Shown here one piece after another: positions 39,750 to 52,588 of a DNA stretch of 64,000 bases. Position numbers and translations under genes: made by a program. The stretch is from Heterodontus francisci. Lineage: Eukaryota. The notes below the pieces were generated by a model. The model was not told the DNA's origin, searched no databases, and saw only the letters and a program-made list of their open reading frames with translations. Numbering within the stretch: position 1 is the stretch's first letter; every line of letters begins with the position of its first letter. The DNA lies in NCBI RefSeq assembly GCF_036365525.1, contig NC_090387.1:90065691-90129690 (forward strand). The letters are read 5' to 3'.

Positions 39750-41700
39750 CAACATAAGAACATAAGAAACAGGCGCAGGAGTAGACCATTCGGCCCCTCG
39801 AACCTGCTCCACCATTCAATATGATCATGCTTCAACTCCATTTTCCCACCCGCTCCCCAAATCCCCTCATTCCCTGCGAGATCAAAAATCTATCCATCTC
39901 AGTTTTGAACATACTCATCGATGGAGCATTCACAACCCTCTGGGGTAGGCAATTCCAAACATTGAGAACCCCCTGTCCTCATCTCAGTCCCAAATGATCG
40001 ACCCCTTATCCAGAGGCTGCACCACCATGTTCCAGATTCCCCAGCCAGGGGAACCAATCTCTCAGTGTCTACCCTGTCAAGCCCCTGCAGAATCGTGTAT
40101 GTTTCAATGAAATCACTTCTCATTCTTCAGAACTCCAGAGAGTATTGTCCAATTTACTCAGCCTCCCATCATTGCACAATTCTCTCATCTAATGAACCTA
40201 TCTAATGAACCTTTGTTATACCATTAACAAGGCAAGCATATCCTTCCTTAGATTATGGAGCCCAAAACTACGCTCAGTACTCCAGATTTGATCTCACCAA
40301 GCCCTATACTATTGCAGCAAGACTTCTTATTCTTGTACTCCAGTCCCCTTGCAATAAAGGCCAGGATGCAGCTTACCTTACGAATTGCTTGCTGTACCTT
40401 CATGCTAACTTTCTGTATTCCTTGTATGAGTACAGCCAAGTCTTTGTGAACATTAACATTTAAAAGTCTCATGCCTTTTAAAAATATTCTACTGTTCTAT
40501 TCTTACTACTAAAGTGAATAACCTCACATTTACCTGTATTATACTCCACCTGTCACCTTGTTGCCAACTCAGTAAATCTGTCGATATCTCTTTGTAGCCT
40601 TTTTGTGCCCTCCTCACAGTCTACATTGCCACCTAACTTGTTAACATCAGCAAACGTAGATATGTTACTTTCCATCTCTTCAGTAAGTCATTAATGCTGA
40701 TTGTAAATAACTGAGGCCCCAGCACTGATCCTGGCGGCACTCCACAAGTTAAACCCTGCCAACTTGAAAACATCCCGTTTATCCGTACTCTCTGCCTCCT
40801 GTCAATTAACTAATCCTCCATCTGTGCTGATATATTATCCCCAACTCCATGAGTCCTTATATTTATCGAATTCGGTTGAAAATGCAACTACAATCCATCT
40901 ACTGGTTCCCCTTTATCCACCCTACAATGTAAATCCTCAAAAAAGTCTAATGAATTTGTTAAACGCGATCTCCCTTTTGTGAAAACCATATTGAAGTTGT
41001 CTGATCATGCTACAACTTTCTAATTGCACTGTTAAAACTTCCTTAATAATAGATTTCAACATTTTCCCGATGGCTGATGTCAGGCTAACTGTCCTGTAGT
41101 TCAGTTGTTTTCTCTTCCCTTCCTTTCTTGAATAGCTGCGTTACATTTGCTAATTTTGAATCTGCTGGGACTGTTCTAGAATCGAGGGAATTTCAGAAAA
41201 TCATAACAGTACATCCACTATCTCGGCACCAACCTCTTTTAGTACCCTTGAATGTAGGCATCCAATCCTGGGGATTTTTTAGCTTTTAGTTTCTTAGGTT
41301 TCTCTTTTTTTCCACTGATATTAATTATCATAGGTTTCTCATGCGTATTAGCCCTTTGGTTACCCTCTATTTCTCGTATGTCAATATGCCTCCCACTGTG
41401 AAGACAGACACAAAATATTTGTTCAACATCTCTGCCATTTCTTTATTCGCTATGATAACTTTTCCTTTCTCTGCCCCTGAGGGATCAATGCTTCCTTTGG
41501 CTACACTCCTTTTATATACATGTCAAAGCTCTTACAGTCTGCTTTTATATTCCTGGCCAGTTCACACTTATGTTGAATTTTCTCCCCTTTTTATTGATTT
41601 TTTTGTCGCCCTTTGCTGGTTTCTAAAACACTCCCAAGCCTCAGATGTACTATTATTCTTTGCAACATTATAAGCCTCTTCTTTTAATTCAGTACTATCC
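39750..41700 (-). mobile_element. CR1 LINE fragment
   Basis: MRSDFIETY.IL.GLDRVD, QQAIRK..ILAFIARGLEYK peptides; CR1 tail at about 39755. Confidence 0.85.
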
Positions 41701-42127
41701 TTAATTCACCAAAGAAACCATCAAAAATTTAAGAGGTGTTCATGTGCATTTTGTTGCCATTTTGATGATGTTTTGTAGTTTTGAATCAGTGATCCCCTGT
41801 ACTATGGGGCGAACACATTTCAGGAACTCTAACATTAGATTTTGTTTTATGAACTGTGATCCTCAATGCGGAATTGGTTGAGACAAAGTTGGATTTCCCT
41901 GCATCCCGTGGTTCACTTCTTAATGTATGATCAATATTTGATTTACATTTCATTCGCTGCCTACGAAAATAAAGAAGGCCCAAGCCACTTCAAAGAACAG
42001 ATGCGGTTCTCTACTACATTTTCAAAAATGTTCAAAGTATAATATTATCAGGAATGTTATAACAAGCGTATTTAAATTATGTGCCATATACAATTATTAT
42101 GTGCCTGATTTATTGCTAAATGTTTAG

Positions 42128-42159
42128 GTGCACGAGGAACCACCGGAGAACATCAATAA
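42128..42159 (+). CDS. Possible short cytoplasmic exon of gene B (GARGTTGEHQ*)
   Basis: tgtttag acceptor. In phase 1 it stops at TAA after 10 codons. No supporting donor seen. Confidence 0.25.
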
Positions 42160-42199
42160 ATTCCCATCAGTCTCAGTACCTGCTTTAAACAGTCCACGT

Positions 42200-42620
42200 C
42201 ATGTACAGTACGGGTTAGATGCTGACCGCAGTTCCCTCGACACTATCGCACCAAACACACCGAGAACAGGTGCAACACAGTTTTGTTACAAAATGAATCT
42301 CCCTCAACACCGCCCTGTCAAAAACTCCCGGGGCAGCTGCAGTATAGGTTAGATACAGAGTAAAGCTCCCTCTGCACTGACCCATCAAACACTCCGAGGG
42401 CAGGTACAGCACGGTTTAGATACAAATGAATCTTCCTCTACACTGCCCTGAAAAACTCCTATGGCAGGTACAGTATGGGTTAGATATAACAAAGCTCCCC
42501 CCACACTCTGATGAAACACTTAGGGACAGTAAAGAAGGATTAAGTACAGAGTAAAGTTCCCTCAAGCACTTCTAGAGGAGTTACAGCACTAGATACAAAA
42601 TGAACTTTCCTCCACCCTGG
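42200..42620 (+). repeat. Degenerate tandem repeat, unit about 65-70 bp (..gggttagatacagagtaaagctccctct.cactg.cccatcaaacactcc..ggcaggtacag..)
   Basis: About six recognisable, diverged units. Confidence 0.8.
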
Positions 42621-42914
42621 CCTATTAGTAGATGCAATGCTAGTGTAGACTGATATCCCATTACTCTGTTGCAATAAATTGGGTGAAGCCCCTCCCTATG
42701 CTAAATGCCACCATTAGTCCATACTATTTTCTCCCCAGCCTCTCGCTGACTACTCGCTAAATTCGCTGCCGCAGATTGCTAATTCGTCAATGTTGATTTT
42801 TAGTTCATTGTACATTTGATGCTGCAAGCCAGAACACGATGAGTTAGATTAATATTGTCGAAGAAGTGCAATCATCTATCAATGCAAGTCACAGAAAAAT
42901 CGTAGGTCCCATAC

Positions 42915-43410
42915 AACAACAACAACAACTTGTATTCACATCTGGCCCTTTACGTAATAAATCACCCTTCACAGGAGCGTTATCAAACAACATTTGTCAC
43001 GGAGTCAAATAAGGAGACATTAGGACGCATATCCAAAACTTAGTGAGATAGGTTTTAAGTAACGCATTAAAGGAGGAAAAATAGGTATAGGGTGGAGAGG
43101 TTTAGGAAGGGAAATACAAAGCTTATGACCACGTCAACTGAATATCAAGGATACTCAATAGGCCAGAAATGTAGAAGCACAGATATCAGAGTGGTGTAGA
43201 GATGGAGCTGGTTGCAGAGATAGACAGAAATGAGGCCATAGAGGGTTTTGAAAACGAGAGTTAGAATTTTTAAATCGAGGCATTGCTTAATCGGAAGCCA
43301 ATGTCAGAGAGAGAGCACAAGGCTGATAGTTGAATGGGACTTAGTGTGAGTTCGTAGATGGGAAGCAAAGTTTTGGATGGTCTCAGGCTTATGGAGGGTA
43401 GAAGTCACTG
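42915..43410 (-). mobile_element. L2 LINE 3' fragment
   Basis: (aac)n tail; reverse-complement similarity to 14800-15200. Confidence 0.7.
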
Positions 43411-44319
43411 TGGAATCTACTTATTGTGGTCTCAATATTGATGAAACATTTGTTGGTATGTCATTGAAGCCATGTATGAAGCACACACTGGGCAAAGTCT
43501 TTTGCACGTATAACATTTTCGGCCATTGGGACCATTTCTCAGCGCGACTCTGCTCGGGTCTGCGCTGCGTCAGCAGGGAAGAACTTCTGGAAATGGGAAT
43601 GAGCACATCACCTCCACATTCGCCGTCTAGTTAAGGGCAGCAGGAGGAACAGAGAAATAGCCAAACGAGAGCGCTCGCCAGCATCTCCACAGGGAGAGGT
43701 GGGTGCTGCTTGAAGCAAAAGGTGAGCGATTGGGCGCCTCAGAATGGAGGCGCTATCAAAAGGCTGCAGAAGTTTCGAAAGTAAAGAAGTCCCAGAGTTG
43801 TTTGCGCCATTAGTGTGGAGAGGGAACCCTCCCACAAGAATGATTTGGGCTGCAGCACTAGCTGTTCCAAACTTGCGGCCCCACAGGCTCAACAAAGTCG
43901 GTTCCAAATGATTGCCGGGTACCGGACTCAGCAACGCCAAGTAAACTAAACTGGTGTGGAAAGATACCCCTTAAGTGCGGCCTTAATTTAATTGATTAGA
44001 TACCTGCTTCCTTGCAGTGGTTGCCGATTCCCAAGGTAACCCGTTGATGGAAAACACGCCTGGAGGCGGAGTTGTTCACTATTTTCTCACCAGCATCACC
44101 ACCCACCCCTCACGCCCACCCCCCCTCCTCTGCACCCCCATATACACTGCCCCTAAAGCCTTCTCCAAGGGGGCGGGGAGATTTCATCCAATGTGAGCAC
44201 AATGCGGTTGGTCATTGAATATAGACGAACATGATGCTGCTTTTCAGTTGTGCTTCATGTATAAATCTGCAAGTCAAATCAAAGCAATGAGCTGACTTTA
44301 AAACTCTTCGATTTTACAG

Positions 44320-44504
44320 AGCATGGAAGCGGCTCATGAAAATACATCCCGAGGATGTAAGCGAAGAGAACAAAAGGTGTAAGCAGGTGGAAAAACAAAA
44401 CAATGAGGAAGGAACTTAGGCTCATCTAACAGAACAAAGAGAGAAACTACCATCATTTAACTGAATCGTTCGGGCCGTATCTATCCGAGTTACGCATGAA
44501 TAAA
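44320..44504 (+). pseudogene. Degenerate cytoplasmic-tail exon of gene B (SMEAAHENTSRGCKRREQKV*…QVEKQNNEEGT*AHL) with AATAAA at 44499
   Basis: ttttacag acceptor, phase 0. Starts SM like the 1566 exon and shares EKQ with the 2358 exon. TAA 44380 and TAG 44417 sit at the Tyr-motif positions. Confidence 0.65.
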
Positions 44505-45773
44505 AAAATGTCAACTGATAGTTCTGTCAATCTCAAGTTCAAATAGGACCTGATTGAAAACCATAATAGGATCAGACACCAAGGCTCCTATTAGGCGTTC
44601 CATCTGAGGCGTCAACCTAGCTTTCACTTTCAGATGCCGATCTCTCTACAGTTTATTTCTCGTTAATTGTAATGTTTCCTTTGTGTTTATATCAACTATA
44701 TGACGTGTTTTCGTGACGCCCTATCTAAGGCGACAACTACTAAAGTGTATACTGCAAAGAAAACAAGCGTGAAATTCTGATTTTAGAGAAATCCAGTTCA
44801 TGTTAATGCTGTTCCTTGCTAGTATTATTTAATTTACTCGTCAGTGAGTAAATTCTAGAATCACAGAAGCGTAGAATCGTACAGCACAGAGGTCATTCGA
44901 ACTACTGAATCAACACAAACTGTTTCAAAGAGAAATCCAGTCACTCTCACTCCACAGCTTATTGTTGTAACACTTTCTCATTCAAGTATTTCACCAATTC
45001 CTTATTGAAGTCCGCTATTTTTTTCAGGAACCGATCAGACGGTGTATTCCAAAACCTAAGCACTTGAGGCGCAGAAAATTTCTTCATGTCACCACTGCTG
45101 CTTTTGACAGTCACATTAAACCTTTGCCCTCAGCTATCGAACAGTCAGTCATTGGAAACAATTTCACTTTATTTACTTTAACACCTCATTACTTTAAACA
45201 CGCTCTCAAATTTCTCCTTGGCCTCTCTGCTCTAAGGAGAAAAGAAACAGCTTCGCCAGTCCATCTATGTAACTGTAATTCCTCATGTCTGAAATCAGAA
45301 TAGCAAACATATTCTGTAACCTCTCTGAAGCCTTCACGTCATTACTAGAGCGTGGTGCGCAGAATTTAACACAATACTGCAGCTCTGGCTGAACTAGTGT
45401 TTTATAACTGTTTAAAATATTTATTGTTCGACAAAGGGCGAGCGAACGGCGAGGAGGTGGTCGAGCGGAGGGGCGGAGACAGCCAGCGGGGAGCCGAGAG
45501 GCGAGCACGGGGAGGGAGTGGGGGGAAGGAGGGGGGAGTAAACGGCGAGCAGTCGGGCGCAGGAGGGAGCTGCGCGAGGGACCGCGAGCAGTCTGGAGCG
45601 ACGAATGGAGAAGCAGACATTGAAGACGCAATGGGGTTTGCTGCTCAAAGGCACCGGTGTGCGCCACCTAATGGTGACGTTGTCAGCAAACGCGTCCTTC
45701 CAATTTAAGCATGTCAGCCCTGCAGAACGAAAATCATCTATTTATGCCAACCATATTAAACTCATGCCTTCTT

Positions 45774-45806
45774 CTGATGAAAGGTCACAGACCTGAAACG
45801 TTAGCT
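45774..45806 (+). ncRNA. Minimal hammerhead ribozyme core in a Penelope pLTR remnant
   Basis: CTGATGA-a-aggtc(aca)gacct-GAAAC-GTTA. Variant cores occur at 31203 (CCGATGA), about 29560 (-) and about 16270 (-, CTGCTGA). Confidence 0.55.
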
Positions 45807-46929
45807 CTACTTCGCTCTCCACAGATGCTGCCAGACCTGCTGAGTATTTCCAGCACTTTCTGCTGTTATGTAACATTGACATGTCTGATACCCACCATTC
45901 CGTTGTCCTTTAACGAGTTTACCAATTTAATGTCAATCTTATGATGTGAGCCGACAATTGATGTGAACTTCGTCCAAGAAAACACCGTCCATGACCCTCA
46001 CAGAAGGCAGAATGGACAGGCGTTCAGGTTACGTCGACGAAGATCCAGTCTGAACCTGACGGTGAATGAATCGTGTACTGCCCCAATGTATAAAATGATT
46101 ATACCAGTATATGTAACAAAACTATCAACGACAAGCTAGAATGTTTCATCATGTGTATGATTGCACGTCGTTTTACTGTGAAACACCTGCCTAGAAGTAA
46201 ATGTTGTGAGCTGTGCAATGCCTTAATATCAGATATAGGAATTGTTTCTAAGTAAAGAGACAACAAAACATCTGGAGACAGATAACCTAACCAAAACTAA
46301 GAACTAACAGCAAGAGTAGAGTAGAGCAATGCGCTCGATGTGGTGTTCATAAATATTTAGGAGTTTTTGATAATGTGCTAAATATGAAGCTGTTGACAAT
46401 GTCAGAGTGTGTGAACTCCTGCTCTTCGAATAGTGTCATGGATTGTTTTACGTACAGCTGAGATGAAATAGAGGGTGTCACTTTAACTCATCTGAAAAAC
46501 AACACATCTGACACTGCAGCATTCGGAAATCAGATTAGGTTATGTGCTCAAATCTCTGGAATGGGAAATAAACCACAACCTTCTGACTTAGAGGCAACGA
46601 TGCTACTGCTAAGCCAAGACTAACATCAGGGGAGCAAAGAAATCCAGAAATCCAGATACCTAAATGGTTCAAAGCAGCAGATGGGAAGTTCATCAAAAGA
46701 GCAATCAAAGCAATGGGGTCATTGCAGTCGTGGCTTCCAAAGGGGAATGGGATAATTATCCGAAGGGAAAATATTTGCAAAGCTACGGCGAAACAGGGGC
46801 CACTGTTCTAGCTGAATTGTTCTTGCAGAGAGATGGCACGGACACAACACGCCGAATGGCCACCTTCTGTGTTGCAACAATTATATTATTTTTCTGTGAT
46901 TCTATTTCTAGAGGGACAAAAACAAGAAA

Positions 46930-48560
46930 GTAGTATTGAATTTCTATAGAACCTTGATTAAACCACACTAGAGTACTGTGCCTGGTTATGGTGACCATAT
47001 AACAAAAAGGATAAAGAACCACTAGATAAAATGCAGAAAAGATTTATAAAGATGATATCAGAATTGAGAACATGCATATACCAGGAGATATTGTGATGCT
47101 GCGGCTCTTTGTTCCTGAAAAACTGTAGACTAAGAGATCTGATAGAGGTCTTTAAAATTGTGCAGGGGTTGGATAGGGTGGATATGTACAAAATGATTCC
47201 CCTTGTGAATGAGTCCAGAAACGGCAAGACAGCTATAGGGCAGCCACGAAGAGGTCAAATAAATATTTTAGAAATAGTTCCATTTTACAGACAGTAGTTA
47301 AATTGTAGATCTTTGCATATAGATTGGCTGACTCAGAGAACCCTGATGTACTTACAGGAAGATGCTATGCATCCATGAGGGTCTATAGTAGGATATGGAG
47401 ACAATGTGGGAACAGGTAATTTGGAAGAGAGTGGATTCATGTGGCTTATAAACACCAACATAGTCTAGTTTGGCTAAATGACCTTCTTCTGTGCTGTACG
47501 TTATATGTTCGCCTATCTATCAATGTTATTTTTGAACAATATTTTTGTTTCCATGGACATTCACTTGCAGTATCCATTAAGATAGCCTGGATATATTTGG
47601 TATTTTAATCTCCACACATACTTCCTCTCTGGAAAATCGTTCCCCTTGTTACCACCCCTTTATCACAATTCTGTCAAATGGTTCCCATTAAACATTTCTA
47701 AAGTCATAATTTGTAGTTAATACATCATTTGCAAAATTGTTATTATACAATAGCAGGTTTTTGCAAGTTGTGGCATTATATGTCTTGACGTCTACACACC
47801 CAAGTCTATGTTATAAATATATATCATGAAAAGCAGTCGTCCTAGTACCGACCCCTGTGGAACCCCACTGTATACCTCTCTCCCATCTGTAAAGCAAGCA
47901 TTAACCATTACTTTCCGTTTCCTATCACTCAGCCAACTTCATATCCATGCTGCCACTTCCCCTTTTATTCAATCTTGCTAGCACATCTATTATGTGGCAC
48001 TTTAACAAACGTCTTTTGGAGGTCCATATACACCAGAAGGATGATGAATTACGAGCTTAGGTTGGAAAAACTGGGGTTGTTCTCCTTGGAGCAAAGGAGG
48101 TTGAGGGGAGATTTGATAGAGATGTACAAGATTATGACAGCTTTAGATAAGGTAGACAAAGAAAAGCAGTTCCCATTAGTAGATGGTACAAGGACTATTG
48201 GATACAGATTTATGGTTTTGTGCAAGAGGTGGGGGATGAGGGTGGATATGTGAGGTAGAACATTTTCACACAACGAGTGGTAATGACCTGGAAATCGCTG
48301 CCTATAAGGATGGTGGGAGAAGTGAGATTAATGATTTCAAAAGGAAATTTCATGGGTAATTAAGGGAAATAAACTTCGAGGGCTACGGTGTTAGAGCAGA
48401 GGAATGGGAAACTCTGGATTGCTCCAAAGAGAGCCGGGATGATCTCGATAGGTCAAATGGCCTCCTTCTATGCCCTAATGACTCTGAGATCAACCACCTC
48501 TGTTACTTCACCAAAAAACTCAATCAATTTAGTTAAACATGATTTGCCTTTAACAAATCT
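46930..48560. mobile_element. Mixed old CR1 fragments
   Basis: LRDLIEVFKIV.GLDRVD; YELRLEKLGLFSLEQRRLRGDLIE peptides. Confidence 0.75.
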
Positions 48561-48949
48561 GTGAAATGAGAGCTGTCTGCAGAGACAATGTACAGAGGGT
48601 AGGGTTATATCTGCTATAATCTGATTGTTATAAACTAATCAAGAAGGGACAATGCACAGAAGGCGAGGTCATACCTGACCAATCAAAGGGTTAAGATAGA
48701 CGATGATATAACATGGAAGGAAGAGCTGCGGGGTCTGGGACATTCCCCACCTCCACCCCCATCTTCCTGTTAATGTGGTGGTGGAAGCTCGTGTTTTAAA
48801 TCAAGCAGGACCGCAGACTGGGACTAACACCAGATCCCAGTCCCTAAGCCCCAATGATTTACAAGCCTCCATCCACGAGTTGGGTATTAAAATTGGGATT
48901 TGTCCAGCCGCATTCAGAGGGGGCCATAAATGGTAGGTTCCAGGGCAAC

Positions 48950-49325
48950 TGATTGAGGTGTACAAAATCATGAGAGGTATAGACAGGGTGGATAGCAAGA
49001 AGCTTTTTCCCAGAGTGGGGGATTCAATTACAAGGGGACACGAGTTCAAAGTGAAAGAGGAAAAGTTTAGGGGGGATATGCGTGGAAAGTTCTTTACGCA
49101 GAGGGTGGTGGGTGCCTGGAACGCGTTGCCAGCGGAGGTGGTAGACGCGGGCACGATAGCATCTTTTAAGATGTATCTAGACAGATACATGAATGGGCAG
49201 GAAGTAAAGAGATACGGACCCTTAGAAAATAGGCGACAGGTTTAGATAGAGGATTTGGATCGGCGTAGGCTTGGCGGGCCGAAGGGCCTGTTCCTGTGCT
49301 GTAATTTTCTTTGTTATTTTGTTCT
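48950..49325 (+). mobile_element. CR1 (HER1-like) 3' end sharing its tail with the HE1-like SINEs
   Basis: YKIMRGIDRVD..FFTQRVVGAWNALP; tail gggccgaagggcctgttcctgtgctgta. Confidence 0.85.
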
Positions 49326-49329
49326 TTGA

Positions 49330-52270
49330 AAGACTCCTCATTCCACACCCGAGGCAAAACGCTGTGGACCGGGCGGCAAAGGAAGCTGCCCTGATCGGGG
49401 AGCTTGTATCCGAGTGGGTAACCTCATCCTCCCTCCCTGTCGGTACAGCGGTTACTGCGCCACTCAATTTAACCGACCTCCAGAAATCACACCCACCCTA
49501 CTCCCAGGTCATAGAGTGGCACCTATAGGGAAAGCCCTTACCAGTCCCTTCGCTTGGGCTGCGCAGCCCAGCTTGCATGATCAGGGCTCTGCTCACCTCC
49601 TTATGGCTAAAAACACCCAGGATGAGTGGGTTGTTTGCATTCCCCCTCGCCCCGCCCCCCACCCCCACTCCTCCACCCCCGCTCCATTTGTGATGAGATG
49701 ATTTACCTCTTCCCTGCTCGTCCCATTGGTGGACACTATTCCACTCAGACTACCTTGGCCAAGCTTTCACAGGTTGGATGGTGGCTCCAACATGGTCTCG
49801 TATGTTGAAGGAACATTAACAGATGCTTGCTATGCCTTCATATGAAGCTCCCTCTTCATACTAATCGCGCGTTTTTATGCTCGCAACCACCCCCTGAGGG
49901 TCCTTGGACACACATTCTGATTGACGTCATTGGGCCTTTAACCAACTGATAGGTAACGACTCTTATATACTACTAGTCATTGTTCAATTCACTAAATGGA
50001 TTAAAGCATTTCCATGTCACAGGAATACAGCTCTGACTGCTGCCAAAACCCTATTGAGTAAGGTGTTCTACAGGTGGGGACTGTTCCAACAAGTGGATAG
50101 TGATCAGGGTTTGCATTTTACGGGTGAATTTTTCTCCTCTTAAAAACATTGTTCGAGATTAAACATGAATTGAGTATTTCTCATCATCCACAACCATCAT
50201 GGATTGTGGAAAGTGGTAACAGAACACTGAAAACAATGCCTTCTAAATTTTGTGCAGAACACCCAACTCAATGGCTGAACAGGCTTCAGCTTTGTCTAAT
50301 GGCTATTAGATCAACTCCACATCGGACCAATGGAATTTCACCATGCCAGGCAATGACCATTAGGCTGATGAGGATTCCAGGGCAACTGGCTTGACAGGCA
50401 CCATTCCGCTAACCCTACAACCATGCAATCAAAAGTGATTGGACAATTGGTAAGCTTCATAGGTGAGACTAATCGGACTGTGGCTAGGAATTCAGGGTTG
50501 TTGAAGAAACAATTTAAGAAGCAATTTGACATAAACGTCCAACCTTTCGAATATCAGATTGGTGACAAGGTAATAATTCAAGATTATAGTCCGAAGGAAA
50601 ATTCCTTTGAACGACAATGGAAAGGTACATTTAACATTGGGGACAAATTAAATCTGGCTGTTTATTTGATCCACATTCCCCTGAATAAGAACTTGACCTT
50701 ACCTAAGCTTAAGTGGTACCACATTAATCAGATGAAAACTGTGAGAAATAAATATCACTATTAACGATGACCTTAAAGAGTCGGTACATCAATATGTCTG
50801 TAGATTTGGTTATGAAATTCGCACTGTTCCCGAACATCTGACTGACCTATTCCAAAGAATCAATACATCCAACAATCACATTTATGTCCTGAAAAAACAA
50901 AATGTGAAGACTAAAAAGGAAATCCCCGAGATAGGGGATGACAGGACATAGGGTTAAACACTGAAATGCCCTGTTGGATCAGAATCATTTCCCATGTCTT
51001 GGTAATTGCTCAATTTGTGATAATTCTGATTTTGGTGTGTGCCTTAAGACAACTCAATGGAATGATAAAGAAAATGAGAATTAGACAGGAGACCATGAAA
51101 GGATATGTCCTCCTTAAGAGTTAATGTAAGAGATCAATGCCATCCGGCATTTTACCCTCAAGTTGGCAAATGTAGGAACTCAAGGGTTAACCCCTGCCAT
51201 GTGTTACCTGTTGGATGAATCTATGTAAGTTATGGTCTGATAAACCTGCATGAGGTGCTATGTATTAAATTAGAATGATTTTTAAGTGATGTACAGTAAT
51301 GTTCAGGAATAGATATACTTTGTGTGTGTATATATATATCTATATATATATATATATATGTATATACTCTTATGGACTTTGCATTTAAAATCAAGTTGTT
51401 AAGTGTGCAATGTATATTGGGATACGGTAGTGGGGAGATGGTGGGTGACAGTGTTTATTGTAACAACAATAGTAAAGTAGCGTTGTCATGAGACTGGATG
51501 CCAATTCTGTATTTCAACTAAAACAGACCTAGTCACCATAAGGGATACGCTTGTCGGCCTCACGAAGGATGATAATAAAGATATTCAGAAACCATTCAAG
51601 ACTTGAATTGACATCAAACATTCCCCATTGTGTGACGGGTTCCGGGACAACTTGGTGTGCATCGATTCAACAAGAAATCAAACTACAATCAACAGAACAC
51701 ATCAATAAAAAGATGGTGCCACAGCAGCTCAGAAGGCAAGGACTGAGGACACCCTATATCCTACTGTATAACTACTGCTGTTGATTAAATATTGCTTGTA
51801 TGTACTTGCTGTACTTAATAAACTATCTTGAGTAAGAAGACAGAGTTTGTACCTTGTGGGTCAAAAGCTAGTCAACATTAAAGGCCGGCTAGACGACCGG
51901 AACCCAACGGGACCCGACGACATTTGTCAGGGTCTGGTTGGGTCGCACTTCCGGGTCCGGCATTCGGGCTCGGGTCGGCTCAGGCCGGGTTGTACATGCT
52001 CTATCAACACCTCCGGTAAGTGGCTCTAATGTTAATGCACTTTTTGGACTTGAAACTTGGTTTTGTTACAGTTATTTTAAGCTTGTGCAGATAAGCAGCA
52101 AAGTCAAAACGGAAGGTAGGTTATCTGATGGTCGGGTCGGGTCAGGTCGGACGCGGAAAAGTGAAAGGACTTGGGCTGGGTCGGGCTTGGGGTCAGATGT
52201 GGTTCTGTTGGGCTCAGGTTTCATTTGCAGAACCAAGCCGGCCTTTAGTCAACATCCCACCTAAATACAC
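49330..52270 (+). mobile_element. Decayed endogenous retrovirus-like element: RNase H end, integrase, env-like C-terminus, PPT and 3' LTR
   Basis: NAVDRAAKEAA; GGHYS..T.AKL..VGWW; GPWTHI.ID.IGPL; DSDQG.HFTG; HHPQ..IVE..NRTLK; WKG.F..WYHINQMK; TM peptide at 50942-51124; purine tract at about 51430, then LTR with AATAAA at about 51817. Confidence 0.8.
51879..52247. mobile_element. hAT-type MITE inserted in the LTR
   Basis: Perfect 12-bp TIR TAAAGGCCGGCT/AGCCGGCCTTTA, 8-bp TSD gtcaacat (51871-51878, 52248-52255), many GGGTC/GTCGG subterminal repeats. Confidence 0.9.
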
Positions 52271-52588
52271 AAAAATCTTACAGGCTTCCAGAGACAATGC
52301 TAAAATAGATATACTGAAGTTCATGGAACTTTCAGCAATGCAACGGAGCAGACTACAGGGAGATGAAGCTGCATGCTGAATGGCTGTATTGCTTCCCTTG
52401 GAACCTTAGAAACCGAAGATGCATGTTGTCTTAGTGAAATAGCCACAGGTGAAGGGCAGAGGTGCTGCTGGTCAGTATCATCAAACAGGTCTTGGAACAA
52501 ATCTGAAGGTGTTGCACTCAGGCTGATGTGATAACAGTCTCTCCAGAGGCTATCACTCAAGACTTGCATAGTAACCACTTGTGGACTG

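Noticed and set aside
42200-42620. CRISPR-like array
   Set aside because: Vertebrate context; whole units are degenerate repeats with no unique spacers and no cas genes.
42803-42845. Alternative small cytoplasmic exon (VHCTFDAASQNT) with a dead donor atgagt
   Set aside because: It requires assuming a GT->AT mutation and has no homology support in the window.
45206-45708. Overlapping GC-rich ORFs
   Set aside because: Low-complexity sequence fused to CR1 fragments; no coherent protein.
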